From Nitrospinales bacterium (GTDB taxonomy: Bacteria > Nitrospinota > Nitrospinia > Nitrospinales > VA-1), in the NCBI GenBank assembly GCA_965223345.1, contig CBDCWG010000001.1, positions 128,001-192,000 of the forward strand: 64,000 nt of DNA, given 5' to 3'. Shown one piece after another: positions 51,911 to 61,132 of the stretch (the stretch's first letter is position 1; the number at the start of each line of letters is the position of its first letter). The translations under genes were made by a program, and so were the position numbers. The notes under the pieces were generated by a model, which was given only the letters and a program-made list of their open reading frames with translations, was not told the DNA's origin and searched no databases.

Positions 51911-53326
51911 TCAACATAGGGGATCCTCTCTGGATGGTAAATTGAATCCTGATTTAGGAAGGTTGGCAAGCAGCAGGCGGTTCAGCTCCCACACGTTTCC
52001 GGCGCCGAGGGTCATCACCACATCGTTCGGCTGGAGCACCCGCAAAAGATGCGGCACCACCTCGTTGCGGTCTTCGATGTAATCGACCCGTTTGTGTCCG
52101 AATTCCCGGGTTCCCTCGGCGAGACGGCGCGAATGCACGCCCTCGATCGGAGCCTCTCCGGCCGGGTAGATGTCGATGACGATCAGATGGTCCGCATCGT
52201 TGAAGGCCTGGAAGAACTGGTCCATCAGATGCAGCGTGCGGGAGTAGCGGTGCGGTTGAAACACCGCGATGAGATTGCGGTCGGGCCACACGTCCTTCGC
52301 GGTTTTCAGCGTGGCCTTTATTTCCACGGGGTGATGGCCGTAGTCGTCCACCAGCGTCAACGCATCGGACTGGTGCACGATCTCGAAGCGGCGCTGCACC
52401 CCGGTGAACGCCTCGAGAGAACGGGCGATGCGGTCGAAATCGAGATTGAGTTCCATGCCCACGGCGACCGCCGCCAGGGTGTTGAGCACGTTGTGCTGGC
52501 CGAGCGCGCCCGAGTGCACCCGGCCCAGCTCTTTGCCCTGATGGAACACGGTGAAATAGGTTTGCATGCCGTCGTAGGAAATCGCGCGCGCCGTGTAATC
52601 GGCCTGGCTGGTGAGCCCGTAGGTGATGGTGCGCTTCTCGATTTTCGGAATCAGCGACTGAATGTTGGCATCGTCCAGGCAGAGGATGGACGCGCCGTAA
52701 AACGGCACCTTGTTGATGAAGGTCAGAAATGCCTCCTTGATTCCCTCCAGCGTGCCGTAGTGGTCCATGTGTTCCTCGTCCAGCGTCGTCACCACCGCGA
52801 AAGTGGGGGAGAGCTTGAGGAACGAGCCGTCGCTTTCATCCGCTTCGGCCACCATGAACTCGCTCTGCCCCAGCTTGGCCAGCCCGCTGAAACTCTTGAA
52901 CCGCCCGCCGATCACCACCGTCGGGTCGAGCCCGCCGCCGCCCAGCACCGTGGCCACCAGCGAGGTCGTCGTGGTTTTGCCGTGCGTGCCGGCGATGGCG
53001 ATGCCGTGCTTCATGCGCATCAGCTCCGCCAGCATTTCCGCCCGCGGGATGACCGGGATCATTTTTTCCCGCGCCGCTTTCACTTCCACGTTGTCGCTGC
53101 CGATGGCGCTGGAAGCCACCACCACCTGCGCGCCATTGACGTTTTCGCCCGCGTGCCGGTAGCTGATGTTCGCGCCCAGCTGCTCCAGATGGTCCGTCAC
53201 TTCCGAGCGGCTGCGGTCCGATCCCGTCACGTCGAATCCCTGGTTGATGAGCACTTCAGCGATCCCGCTCATTCCCGACCCTCCGATCCCGATGAAATGG
53301 ATCTGCTTGGTTTTTCCTAAAAACAT
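51911..53326 (-). CDS. murC: UDP-N-acetylmuramate--L-alanine ligase
   Basis: HFIGIGGSGMSGIA, GTHGKTTT, EADESD, DDYGHHP, FQPHRYSRT. Confidence 0.97.
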   Translation of the reverse strand: MFLGKTKQIHFIGIGGSGMSGIAEVLINQGFDVTGSDRSRSEVTDHLEQLGANISYRHAGENVNGAQVVVASSAIGSDNVEVKAAREKMIPVIPRAEMLAELMRMKHGIAIAGTHGKTTTTSLVATVLGGGGLDPTVVIGGRFKSFSGLAKLGQSEFMVAEADESDGSFLKLSPTFAVVTTLDEEHMDHYGTLEGIKEAFLTFINKVPFYGASILCLDDANIQSLIPKIEKRTITYGLTSQADYTARAISYDGMQTYFTVFHQGKELGRVHSGALGQHNVLNTLAAVAVGMELNLDFDRIARSLEAFTGVQRRFEIVHQSDALTLVDDYGHHPVEIKATLKTAKDVWPDRNLIAVFQPHRYSRTLHLMDQFFQAFNDADHLIVIDIYPAGEAPIEGVHSRRLAEGTREFGHKRVDYIEDRNEVVPHLLRVLQPNDVVMTLGAGNVWELNRLLLANLPKSGFNLPSREDPLC

Positions 53327-54459
53327 GACGCAGCATGGGCGTTCTTCCCATTCGAGTGGACGTTTCCGTTGTTGATATTCAGCAAGTCGAGGCACAGCTT
53401 GAGCACGTTCTGCGTGGCCTGCGGTTTGCCCAGTTGCAAAGAATTTTTTCCCATCTCTTTGAGCGTTTCCGGTTTCCGCATGAAATCGAGCACCGCTTCG
53501 GCCAGCCGCGTTCCGGTCAGCTCCGCATCGAGGATCATGCGCCCGGCCTTCGCCTCCACCAGCACGCGCGCGTTGTGTTCCTGGTGGTTCGCCGCCGCGT
53601 ACGGGAAGGGGATGAGCAGCGCGGTCTTGCCGCCGGCGGTGATCTCGGCCAGCGTGGTGGCGCCGGCGCGCGAGACGATCAGCGACGCCCTGCGATAGCG
53701 CGCGCCCATGTCGTCGATGAACGGCAGCACCTCGTGCGCGATGCCGCTTTCTTCGTAACGGGCTTTCACCTTCTCGTAATCCTTCTCTCCGGTCTGATGC
53801 ACGATGTGCAGCGTTTCCTTTTTTTCTTTGAGATTGTCCAAGGCGTCCATCATCGCCGCGTTGATCGAATGCGCGCCCTGGGAACCGCCGAGTACCAGAA
53901 GCTGAAACGGTTCGCCCGCTTCTCCTACGGGCGCCGCACCGGTCTGGGCAAATTCCTCGCGGATCATGTTGCCGGTTTGCACCACCTTGTGAATCGGGAA
54001 ATAGCGCTCCGAACCCGGAAACGACACGGCGATTTTGTCCGCCAGTTTCCCCAGCATGCGGTTGGTCGAGCCGGGTAAGGAATTCTGCTCGTGGATCAGA
54101 ATCGGGATGCGCAATATCCAGGCCGCCAGCACCAGCGGCGCGGACACGTAACCGCCGACGCCCACCACCAGTTTTGGCCGCTTGTGGCGCAAAAACGCCA
54201 GCGACTGGCCGACGCCGCGCAGCAGTTTGAAAGAAGAAACCAATCGGTCGCTCCATTTTTTTTCCAGCAGTCCGCCGGCGTCGATGGTCTTCAACGGGAA
54301 GCCCTCCTTGGGAAGGACCCGCGATTCGATGCCCCGTTGTGTTCCCACGAACGTGATGTCCATAGTAGCGTCGTGCTGTTTAAAGGCTCTGGCCAGAGCG
54401 ATTCCCGGATACAGATGCCCTCCGGTTCCCCCTCCGGCGATGACGATTGCAATCGGCAT
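53317..54459 (-). CDS. murG: Undecaprenyl-PP-MurNAc-pentapeptide GlcNAc transferase
   Basis: GGGTGGH, HEQN, GGSQGA, RAGATT, HQ..NA. Confidence 0.97.
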   Translation of the reverse strand: MPIAIVIAGGGTGGHLYPGIALARAFKQHDATMDITFVGTQRGIESRVLPKEGFPLKTIDAGGLLEKKWSDRLVSSFKLLRGVGQSLAFLRHKRPKLVVGVGGYVSAPLVLAAWILRIPILIHEQNSLPGSTNRMLGKLADKIAVSFPGSERYFPIHKVVQTGNMIREEFAQTGAAPVGEAGEPFQLLVLGGSQGAHSINAAMMDALDNLKEKKETLHIVHQTGEKDYEKVKARYEESGIAHEVLPFIDDMGARYRRASLIVSRAGATTLAEITAGGKTALLIPFPYAAANHQEHNARVLVEAKAGRMILDAELTGTRLAEAVLDFMRKPETLKEMGKNSLQLGKPQATQNVLKLCLDLLNINNGNVHSNGKNAHAASCF

Positions 54460-54468
54460 GGTCTTCCA

Positions 54469-55581
54469 TCAATGACGGCTCGATTGTTCGGATATATTGA
54501 GCAGCACCCCGACACACAGCATCGAGATCACCATCGACGATCCGCCCATGCTGATGAAGGGCAGGGTGAGCCCCTTGGTCGGAAGGATGCCCACGGCGAC
54601 GCCCATGTTGACGAAGGCCTGCACTCCGAGCAGCAGGGTGAGGCCAATTCCCAGATGCGCCCCGAACGCGTCCGGGGCCCGGTAGGCGGTGAGAAATCCG
54701 CGCCACACCAGAACGATGAACAGGGCCACGATCGCCATGGCCCCGACGAATCCCAACTCCTCCCCGATCACCGAAAAGATGAAATCGGTGTGCGCTTCGG
54801 GCAGGTAAAACAGTTTCTGGTTGCTGTCGCCCAGTCCCAGCCCCAGGTAGCCGCCGCGGCCGAACGCGTAGAACGACTGGATCGCCTGAAACCCCGTGTC
54901 CGAAGGGTCGCTCCAGGGGTCGATGAACGCCTGGATGCGGCGCAGCCGGTATTCGGCGCTCACCACCGCGGACACCAGAAACGGCAGCACCGCCAGCACC
55001 GAGAAAAACAGGTAGCGCTTGCGCACACCCGCGATGAACAGCATGGCCAGCGTGACCGTGCAGATGATCATGGCGGTGCCGAAATCCGGCTGGAACAGGA
55101 TCAGCACGAAAAACACCGCCAGCACGATCAGGTTGGGCAGATAGCCGTAGGCGAAGTTTTTCAGTTTGTCCGCCCGTTTCACCACCGATTTGGCGATGAA
55201 CAGGATGAGCGTGAACTTGGCCAGCTCCGAAGGCTGGAACGAGAACCCGGCGATCGAGATCCAGCGCCGCGCGCCGCCCATCTCCCGGCCCAGTCCGGGA
55301 ACCATGATGAGGCAGAGCAGCAGCAGCGTGATGCCCATAATCGGATAGGTGTAGTCCTCCCATTTGCGGTAATCGAACTGCTTCGCCGCCCACAGCGTCG
55401 CCAGCCCCAGCACCAGCCACACGAACTGGCGCTTGAGAAAGTGGAACGAGTCGTTGTACTCCTCCATCGCATACACCGCGCTGGCGCTGTAGACCATCAC
55501 CAGGCCGGTCAGGATGAGCGCCGCCACGGTGATGCAGAGCAGGGCGTCGCAATGCGGATGCCGGGATGCCGTCGTGTTCAT
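54469..55581 (-). CDS. ftsW: SEDS peptidoglycan polymerase FtsW
   Basis: GARRWI, FQPSELAK, QPDFGT, LPEAHTDF, SMGGSS. Confidence 0.97.
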   Translation of the reverse strand: MNTTASRHPHCDALLCITVAALILTGLVMVYSASAVYAMEEYNDSFHFLKRQFVWLVLGLATLWAAKQFDYRKWEDYTYPIMGITLLLLCLIMVPGLGREMGGARRWISIAGFSFQPSELAKFTLILFIAKSVVKRADKLKNFAYGYLPNLIVLAVFFVLILFQPDFGTAMIICTVTLAMLFIAGVRKRYLFFSVLAVLPFLVSAVVSAEYRLRRIQAFIDPWSDPSDTGFQAIQSFYAFGRGGYLGLGLGDSNQKLFYLPEAHTDFIFSVIGEELGFVGAMAIVALFIVLVWRGFLTAYRAPDAFGAHLGIGLTLLLGVQAFVNMGVAVGILPTKGLTLPFISMGGSSMVISMLCVGVLLNISEQSSRH

Positions 55582-55641
55582 GCCCGCTCCCGGTTGCGAT
55601 ATAGGGTTGTGTGGATTTTTTTCATAAAAGCTGTTACTTCA

Positions 55642-56976
55642 CTAAAGTTTGTTCACAATCGACTTGAACCGGTCCCCGCGCTCTTCGTAGCTTTTGAACA
55701 TGTCGAAACTGGCGCAGGCGGGGGAGAGCAGCACCACGTCTCCGGACTCCGCTTTCGCCATCGCTTGGCTCACAGCCGCTTCCAGGCTGTCCGCTTCCTC
55801 GTAGCTGAACGATCCGTTCAACAGCTGCCGCAGCTTGCTGCGGGTTTCCCCGATCAGGACCAGGTGCTTGACCTTGCGTTTCAGCACCGGTTTGAGCGGC
55901 AGAAAATCCGTCGCCTTGTCCTTGCCGCCGGCGATGAGGATGATGGGCCGGTCGAACACGCTCAGCGATTTCTGCACCGCGCCGACATTCGTTCCTTTCG
56001 AATCGTTGATGTAATCGACGCCTGCGACCGTGCGCACCCATTCCATGCGGTGCGCCATGCCGGCGAAGTTTTTCACCGTCTCGGCGATCGGCGCCGCATC
56101 GATGCCCGCAGCGGTGGCCGTCGCCGTCGCCGCCAGGATGTTTTCCAGTTGCCACTGCATGGTGCGCGGCAGCTCGCGCACGCCGCAGATTTCGTATTCT
56201 TCCTCCTGCCAGCGCACCATCAGGCGGCCCTGCCGCAAAAACGCGCCGGTCTTCACACCCGAGGTCGAACTGAAATACACCTTCTGCGCCGGTCTGTCGT
56301 GTCCCAGGCTGCGGGTGCGCGGCTCGTCGTGGTTGAGGACCATGAAATCGGCTTCCGTCTGGTTTTCGGCGATGCGGCCCTTGAGTTCCGAATAGCGGTC
56401 CAGCGTCTTGTGCCGGTCCAGATGATCGGGCGTCACGTTCAGCACCACGCTGATCTTGGGATGAAACGAGGCCACCGCTTCCAGTTGAAAGCTGGAGATC
56501 TCCAGCACCGAATAATCCACCGGTCCTTCGTTCACCAGCGAGATGGCCGGGATGCCGATGTTGCCCCCCAACAGCACGCGGTTGCCGGCGGCGCGCAGGA
56601 TTTGTGCGATCAGCGTGCAGCAGGTCGATTTGCCGTTGGTGCCCGTGACCGCGATGATCGGCCAGGGCATGAAGCGGCAGGCGAGTTCGATTTCGCTCCA
56701 TAAAGGAATCCCTTTTGCCCGCGCCGGGTCGAGAAACGCCGAGTCGATGTCTACGCCGGGGCTCAGGATGAAAACGTCCGTGTCTTCGGGCAGGGCCTCG
56801 CTGCCGAACTGCACGGCGATGTCCGGATCCAGTGGCAGCTTGACCTGCGCAAAATCCGATTCCGGTCTGCGCTCGAGCACCGTCACCCGCGCACCGCGGC
56901 TGTTGAGAAATTCCGCCGCCGCGATTCCCGAGCGTCCCAGGCCGATCACCGTGAATTTTTTATTGCCAGGATCCAT
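55642..56976 (-). CDS. murD: UDP-MurNAc-L-Ala--D-Glu ligase
   Basis: GTNGKST, EISSFQL, DHLDRH, NDSKGTN, SPACASFD. Confidence 0.97.
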   Translation of the reverse strand: MDPGNKKFTVIGLGRSGIAAAEFLNSRGARVTVLERRPESDFAQVKLPLDPDIAVQFGSEALPEDTDVFILSPGVDIDSAFLDPARAKGIPLWSEIELACRFMPWPIIAVTGTNGKSTCCTLIAQILRAAGNRVLLGGNIGIPAISLVNEGPVDYSVLEISSFQLEAVASFHPKISVVLNVTPDHLDRHKTLDRYSELKGRIAENQTEADFMVLNHDEPRTRSLGHDRPAQKVYFSSTSGVKTGAFLRQGRLMVRWQEEEYEICGVRELPRTMQWQLENILAATATATAAGIDAAPIAETVKNFAGMAHRMEWVRTVAGVDYINDSKGTNVGAVQKSLSVFDRPIILIAGGKDKATDFLPLKPVLKRKVKHLVLIGETRSKLRQLLNGSFSYEEADSLEAAVSQAMAKAESGDVVLLSPACASFDMFKSYEERGDRFKSIVNKL

Positions 56977-56979
56977 GAC

Positions 56980-58065
56980 TCACCGCAGTTTCAGAGTACT
57001 CAGGCTGATCATCGCCAGTACGATGGCGACGATCCAGAAGCGCACGATGACTTTCGGTTCCGACCACCCCGATTGCTCGAAGTGGTGGTGCAGCGGCGCC
57101 ATCTTGAAAAACCGCTTGCCCTTCGTGTATTTGAAGTAGCCGACCTGAATGATCACCGAAAGTGCCTCGATGACAAAGATGCCGCCCACCAGGATCAACA
57201 AAAGCTCGTGCTTGGCGATCACCGCGATGGTGCCGAGAAGGCCGCCCAGCGACAACGACCCCACATCGCCCATGAACACCTGCGCGGGGTAGGAGTTGTA
57301 CCAGAGGAAGCCCAGGCTCGCGCCCAGCACCGCCGAACTCAGCACCGCCGTTTCCCCGGCTTCGCGGATGTACTGGATGCCGAGATATTCGGCGAATTTG
57401 AAGTGCCCGCACACGTAGACAATCCCCGTGTAGGTGAGCGTCGCGATGATGATCGGGCCGATCGCCAGCCCGTCCAGTCCGTCCGTCAGGTTCACGGCGT
57501 TGGAGGTGCCGACGATGATGAACACGATGAAGAAGATATAGCCGAGCCCGAGGTCGGGCTGATACTGCTTGAAAAACGGCACCGACAGCCGGGTGGCGTA
57601 ATCGGCGCGGCTCGGGTCGAAGTACACCAGGTAGACCGCGATCACGACGGCCAGCAGGGTTTGCAGGGCGAGCTTCGCCTTCACCGACAGCCCGTCGCCG
57701 CTTTTGAATTTCGTGAGGTCGTCGAAAAACCCGATCGCCCCGAAGCCGACCGTCGCGAAGATGAGCAGCCAGATGTAGGGGTTGGAAAGATTCGCCCACA
57801 AGAGCGTGGCGGTCAGGCAGGTGACGATGATGAGAATCCCGCCCATGGTCGGCGTTCCCGACTTGACGTGGTGCTGTTCCGGACCGTGTTCGCGGATCTT
57901 CTCGCCGATCTGGTATTTCTGCAGCATGCGGATCATGTAAGTTCCCAGTATCAGGCTGAGCCCCAGCGCCGTCAGCCCGGAATAGGCCGAGCGGAACGTG
58001 ATGTACCGGAACACGTTGAAGATCGAAAAGTCCGAACTGAGCGGATAAAAAATGTGATAAAACAT
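56980..58065 (-). CDS. mraY: Phospho-MurNAc-pentapeptide transferase
   Basis: GTPTMGG, NLTDGLDGLA, FMGDVGS, APLHHHF. Confidence 0.98.
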   Translation of the reverse strand: MFYHIFYPLSSDFSIFNVFRYITFRSAYSGLTALGLSLILGTYMIRMLQKYQIGEKIREHGPEQHHVKSGTPTMGGILIIVTCLTATLLWANLSNPYIWLLIFATVGFGAIGFFDDLTKFKSGDGLSVKAKLALQTLLAVVIAVYLVYFDPSRADYATRLSVPFFKQYQPDLGLGYIFFIVFIIVGTSNAVNLTDGLDGLAIGPIIIATLTYTGIVYVCGHFKFAEYLGIQYIREAGETAVLSSAVLGASLGFLWYNSYPAQVFMGDVGSLSLGGLLGTIAVIAKHELLLILVGGIFVIEALSVIIQVGYFKYTKGKRFFKMAPLHHHFEQSGWSEPKVIVRFWIVAIVLAMISLSTLKLR

Positions 58066-58082
58066 CGCTTCTTTCCGGAGGG

Positions 58083-59477
58083 CTAGGCCTCCAACAACTC
58101 GCGGATCACTTCTTCCATGGCCGCCCCGCGGGAGCCTTTGATCAACAGGCAGTCGCCGGAGCGGGTGTTTTTCTTGAGATACTCAGCCGCATCGTGGCGC
58201 GTTTCCAGCGCCAGCACGCGGTCTTTGTCCATGCCTTCCGAAGCCGCGCCCTCGGCGGCCAGCGAGGCCAGCTCGCCCACCGTCACCAGCACGTCGATCG
58301 GGTGTTTGGCGATGTCGCGCCCCAGCTCGGTGTGGGCATTCGCCGACAACTCCCCCAGCTCCAGCATGTCGCCGATCACCATGAACCGGCGGCCTGCGAC
58401 CGGCATGCCGGCGAGGGTGGCCAGCGCTTCGCGCATCGACCGGGGGTTGGCGTTGTAGGCGTCGTTGATGATGGTGCGCGAGGCGTGTTTCAACACCTCC
58501 TGCCGCTGCGCCAAAAGCTTGGTTCCCGCCAGCCCGCGGCACATGGTCTGCGGTTCGATGCCCAGCGAATGCCCGGTGGCCAGCGCCGCCAGCGCGTTGT
58601 AGATGTTGCACTGGCCGAGAAAGGGCAGGATGACCGGAAACCGTTCCTCGAACAGCCGCACCGTGAAATCGAAGCCGCCGGTGGGTTTGGGTTCGATGTC
58701 CGTCGCGCGCACATCCGCGGCCGCATCGATGCCGAAGGTGATCGCCCGCGCCCGCAGCGAACGGCTGAGTTCGAACACCAGCGGATCGTCGGCGTTGACG
58801 ATGGCCGTGGCGTCCTTGTCGAGAGACTCAAACAGCTCGCCCTTGGCGGCCTGCACGTTGCGCACGGTTTTCAGTTTTTCCAGATGCCCCTCGGAGATGT
58901 TGGTGATGACGCCGATGTCGGGCCGGGCGATGTCCGCCAGCAGGCGGATTTCCCCCGGACCGCTCATGCCCATCTCCAGCACCGCCGCCTGCTGGTCCGG
59001 GTCCATTTGCAAAACGCTCAGCGGCAGGCCGAAATGATTGTTGAAGTTGCCGCGCGTCTTCAGTGTCTTGAACGTGGTCTCGGCGATGGCGGCGATCATC
59101 TCCTTGGTGGTGGATTTGCCGTTGGTCCCGGTCACGCCCACCACCCGCACCGGCACTCTTCTGCGATAAACGCGCGCCAGCTGTTGCAGCGCCACCTCCG
59201 TGTTGCGCGTGCGGATCATGAAAGGCGTTTTCGCCTTGTTCGCAGCGGGCAGGGGAGCGTCGGCATCGGACACGATGATGCCCGCCGCGCTTTTTCGCAC
59301 CGCATCCTCGATAAAGCGGTGGCCGTCGAAGTTCGGTCCCTGGATGCAGAAAAAAAGCTCGCCCGCCTTGAGGGTGCGGGTGTCGATCGACACGCCCCTG
59401 AAGCGCTGGTCTTCGGTGCCGGAAAGGAGTTCCCCTTCCAGCACCCGCACGCATTCTTTCGCACTGCTTTCGATCAC
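58083..59477 (-). CDS. murF: UDP-MurNAc-tripeptide--D-Ala-D-Ala ligase
   Basis: SIDTR, GTNGKSTTKE, NFNN..GLP, DAYNANP, GDMLELG, KGSRG. GTG start inferred. Confidence 0.95.
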   Translation of the reverse strand: MIESSAKECVRVLEGELLSGTEDQRFRGVSIDTRTLKAGELFFCIQGPNFDGHRFIEDAVRKSAAGIIVSDADAPLPAANKAKTPFMIRTRNTEVALQQLARVYRRRVPVRVVGVTGTNGKSTTKEMIAAIAETTFKTLKTRGNFNNHFGLPLSVLQMDPDQQAAVLEMGMSGPGEIRLLADIARPDIGVITNISEGHLEKLKTVRNVQAAKGELFESLDKDATAIVNADDPLVFELSRSLRARAITFGIDAAADVRATDIEPKPTGGFDFTVRLFEERFPVILPFLGQCNIYNALAALATGHSLGIEPQTMCRGLAGTKLLAQRQEVLKHASRTIINDAYNANPRSMREALATLAGMPVAGRRFMVIGDMLELGELSANAHTELGRDIAKHPIDVLVTVGELASLAAEGAASEGMDKDRVLALETRHDAAEYLKKNTRSGDCLLIKGSRGAAMEEVIRELLEA

Positions 59478-59563
59478 GATCTTCCTTTCAACACGTTTGC
59501 ACGTAGACAACGGCGGACACAAAAGATCGGCCGCGGCCGGGCGCTGCATTCCACAAAAGTGAG

Positions 59564-61132
59564 TCAACGCGCGCCGTACTTTTGCGCGAGGGCCTCGGCG
59601 GCGACCTCCCGGTCGTCGAAGTGAATCTTTTCGGTGCCGAGGATCTGGTAGTCCTCGTGTCCCTTGCCGGCGATCAGCACCAGATCGCCCGCTTCAGCGA
59701 GGTTCACCGCGTATTCGATGGCTTCCCGCCGGTCGGGCAGCACGCGGTAATCCTCGTTTTCCTTTGCCGATGCGGGAAGGCCCTGCACGATGTCGTCGAG
59801 GATGCGCATCGGGTCTTCCGTTCTCGGGTTGTCGGAGGTGACGATCGCCAGATCCGAAAGCGCGAGCGCCGCCTTTCCCATTTCCTTGCGTTTGCCGCGG
59901 TCCCGGTCGCCGCCGCAGCCGAACACCACGATCACCCGGTTTTGCGTGAAGGCGCGGGCCGCCGAAAGCGCGTTGGCCAGCGCGTCGTCGGTGTGCGCGT
60001 AATCCACCGCAACCGTAAAGGGCTGCCCGCCCTCGATGCGCTCGAACCGTCCCGGAACCCGCTCAAGCGTTTCCAGGCCGCTTTGGATTTCATCCAACGA
60101 AAAATTCTGCAACAGCGCCGCCCCCGCCGCAGACAGCAGGTTGTGCACGTTGTGTTTTCCCAAAAGCTTCGAATGGATTTCCCGGCTCCCCGATGGGGTC
60201 TTGAGCGTGAACCGCGTGTTGTTTGCGCTGAGCGCGACGTTTTCCGCAGCGACGTCTGCGGCATGGTCGATGCCCGTGGTCAGGACGGTCATCGTCGCCT
60301 CCTGCGCAAATTCGCGCCCGGCAGGATCGTCGATGTTGATCACCATCCGCTCCACATGGTTGTCGCGGAACAGTCCCTTCTTGGCTTCCTTGTATTCCTG
60401 CATGCTGCCGTGAAAATCCAGATGGTCGCGGCTCAGGTTGGTGAACACGCCGGTTTTGAAATGCATCCCGTGCACCCGCTTGAGATGCAGGGCGTGCGAG
60501 GACACCTCCATGAAACAGGCGGCGACGTTGTTTTCGGCCATGGCGTGCAGCATGCGGTTCAGATCCAGCGATTCCGGCGTCGTCACCGAAGCGGGCAGGG
60601 CGACGTCGCCGTAGCGGCAGTTGATGGTGCCGATCACACCTGTGGTTTCACCGCGGGTGTTGAAAATCGATTCCAGAACGTAGGTCAGCGTCGTCTTGCC
60701 GTTCGTGCCGGTGACGCCGATGAGATCGAGCTTGCGCGACGGGTGCTGAAAAAATTCCGCGCTTACTTTGGCGAGCGCCTGGCGGCTGTCATCGACACAA
60801 ATGGCGGTGACCGCGTTGGAGGTGAGCCCGGACTCGCGCAGCGCTTCCACCGAAAGCTCGGTGATGAACGCAGTGGCGCCGCGCTGGATCGCATCGCCGA
60901 TGAAGCGACCGCCGTCCTGCTTGAAGCCGGGAATCGCGACGAACAGACTTCCCGCCCCGGCCTGGCGCGAGTCGAACGCCAGCGCCGCGATGTCCTTATC
61001 CAGCGAGCCCACGACGTTGAGCGCAGGCAGTCCCTGCACCAGTCGGGAAAGTTTGTGGCTCGTTGTGTCGCCTGCGTTCATCGAAGCACGGAGTGTGAAA
61101 GTTTTGGCCTGCTTTGCCGTGTTGAATGCCAT
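59564..61132 (-). CDS. murE: UDP-MurNAc-dipeptide--meso-DAP ligase
   Basis: GTNGKTT, MEVSSH, DYAHT, the DNPR DAP-specific motif, AGKGHE. Start overlaps the ftsI stop; an alternative start lies near 61082. Confidence 0.96.
   Translation of the reverse strand: MAFNTAKQAKTFTLRASMNAGDTTSHKLSRLVQGLPALNVVGSLDKDIAALAFDSRQAGAGSLFVAIPGFKQDGGRFIGDAIQRGATAFITELSVEALRESGLTSNAVTAICVDDSRQALAKVSAEFFQHPSRKLDLIGVTGTNGKTTLTYVLESIFNTRGETTGVIGTINCRYGDVALPASVTTPESLDLNRMLHAMAENNVAACFMEVSSHALHLKRVHGMHFKTGVFTNLSRDHLDFHGSMQEYKEAKKGLFRDNHVERMVINIDDPAGREFAQEATMTVLTTGIDHAADVAAENVALSANNTRFTLKTPSGSREIHSKLLGKHNVHNLLSAAGAALLQNFSLDEIQSGLETLERVPGRFERIEGGQPFTVAVDYAHTDDALANALSAARAFTQNRVIVVFGCGGDRDRGKRKEMGKAALALSDLAIVTSDNPRTEDPMRILDDIVQGLPASAKENEDYRVLPDRREAIEYAVNLAEAGDLVLIAGKGHEDYQILGTEKIHFDDREVAAEALAQKYGAR

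Noticed and set aside
51911..54256. 781 aa MurC and 703 aa MurE (59564-61675) as fusion proteins
   Set aside because: The extensions are off-frame readings through murG and ftsI; normal starts lie at 53326 and about 61132.
54091..56703. Long antisense ORFs (870 aa here; also 23488-25194, 33114-34364, 45789-47477, 59582-61153)
   Set aside because: They are shadow frames of well-supported GC-rich genes on the opposite strand, with no recognisable motifs.
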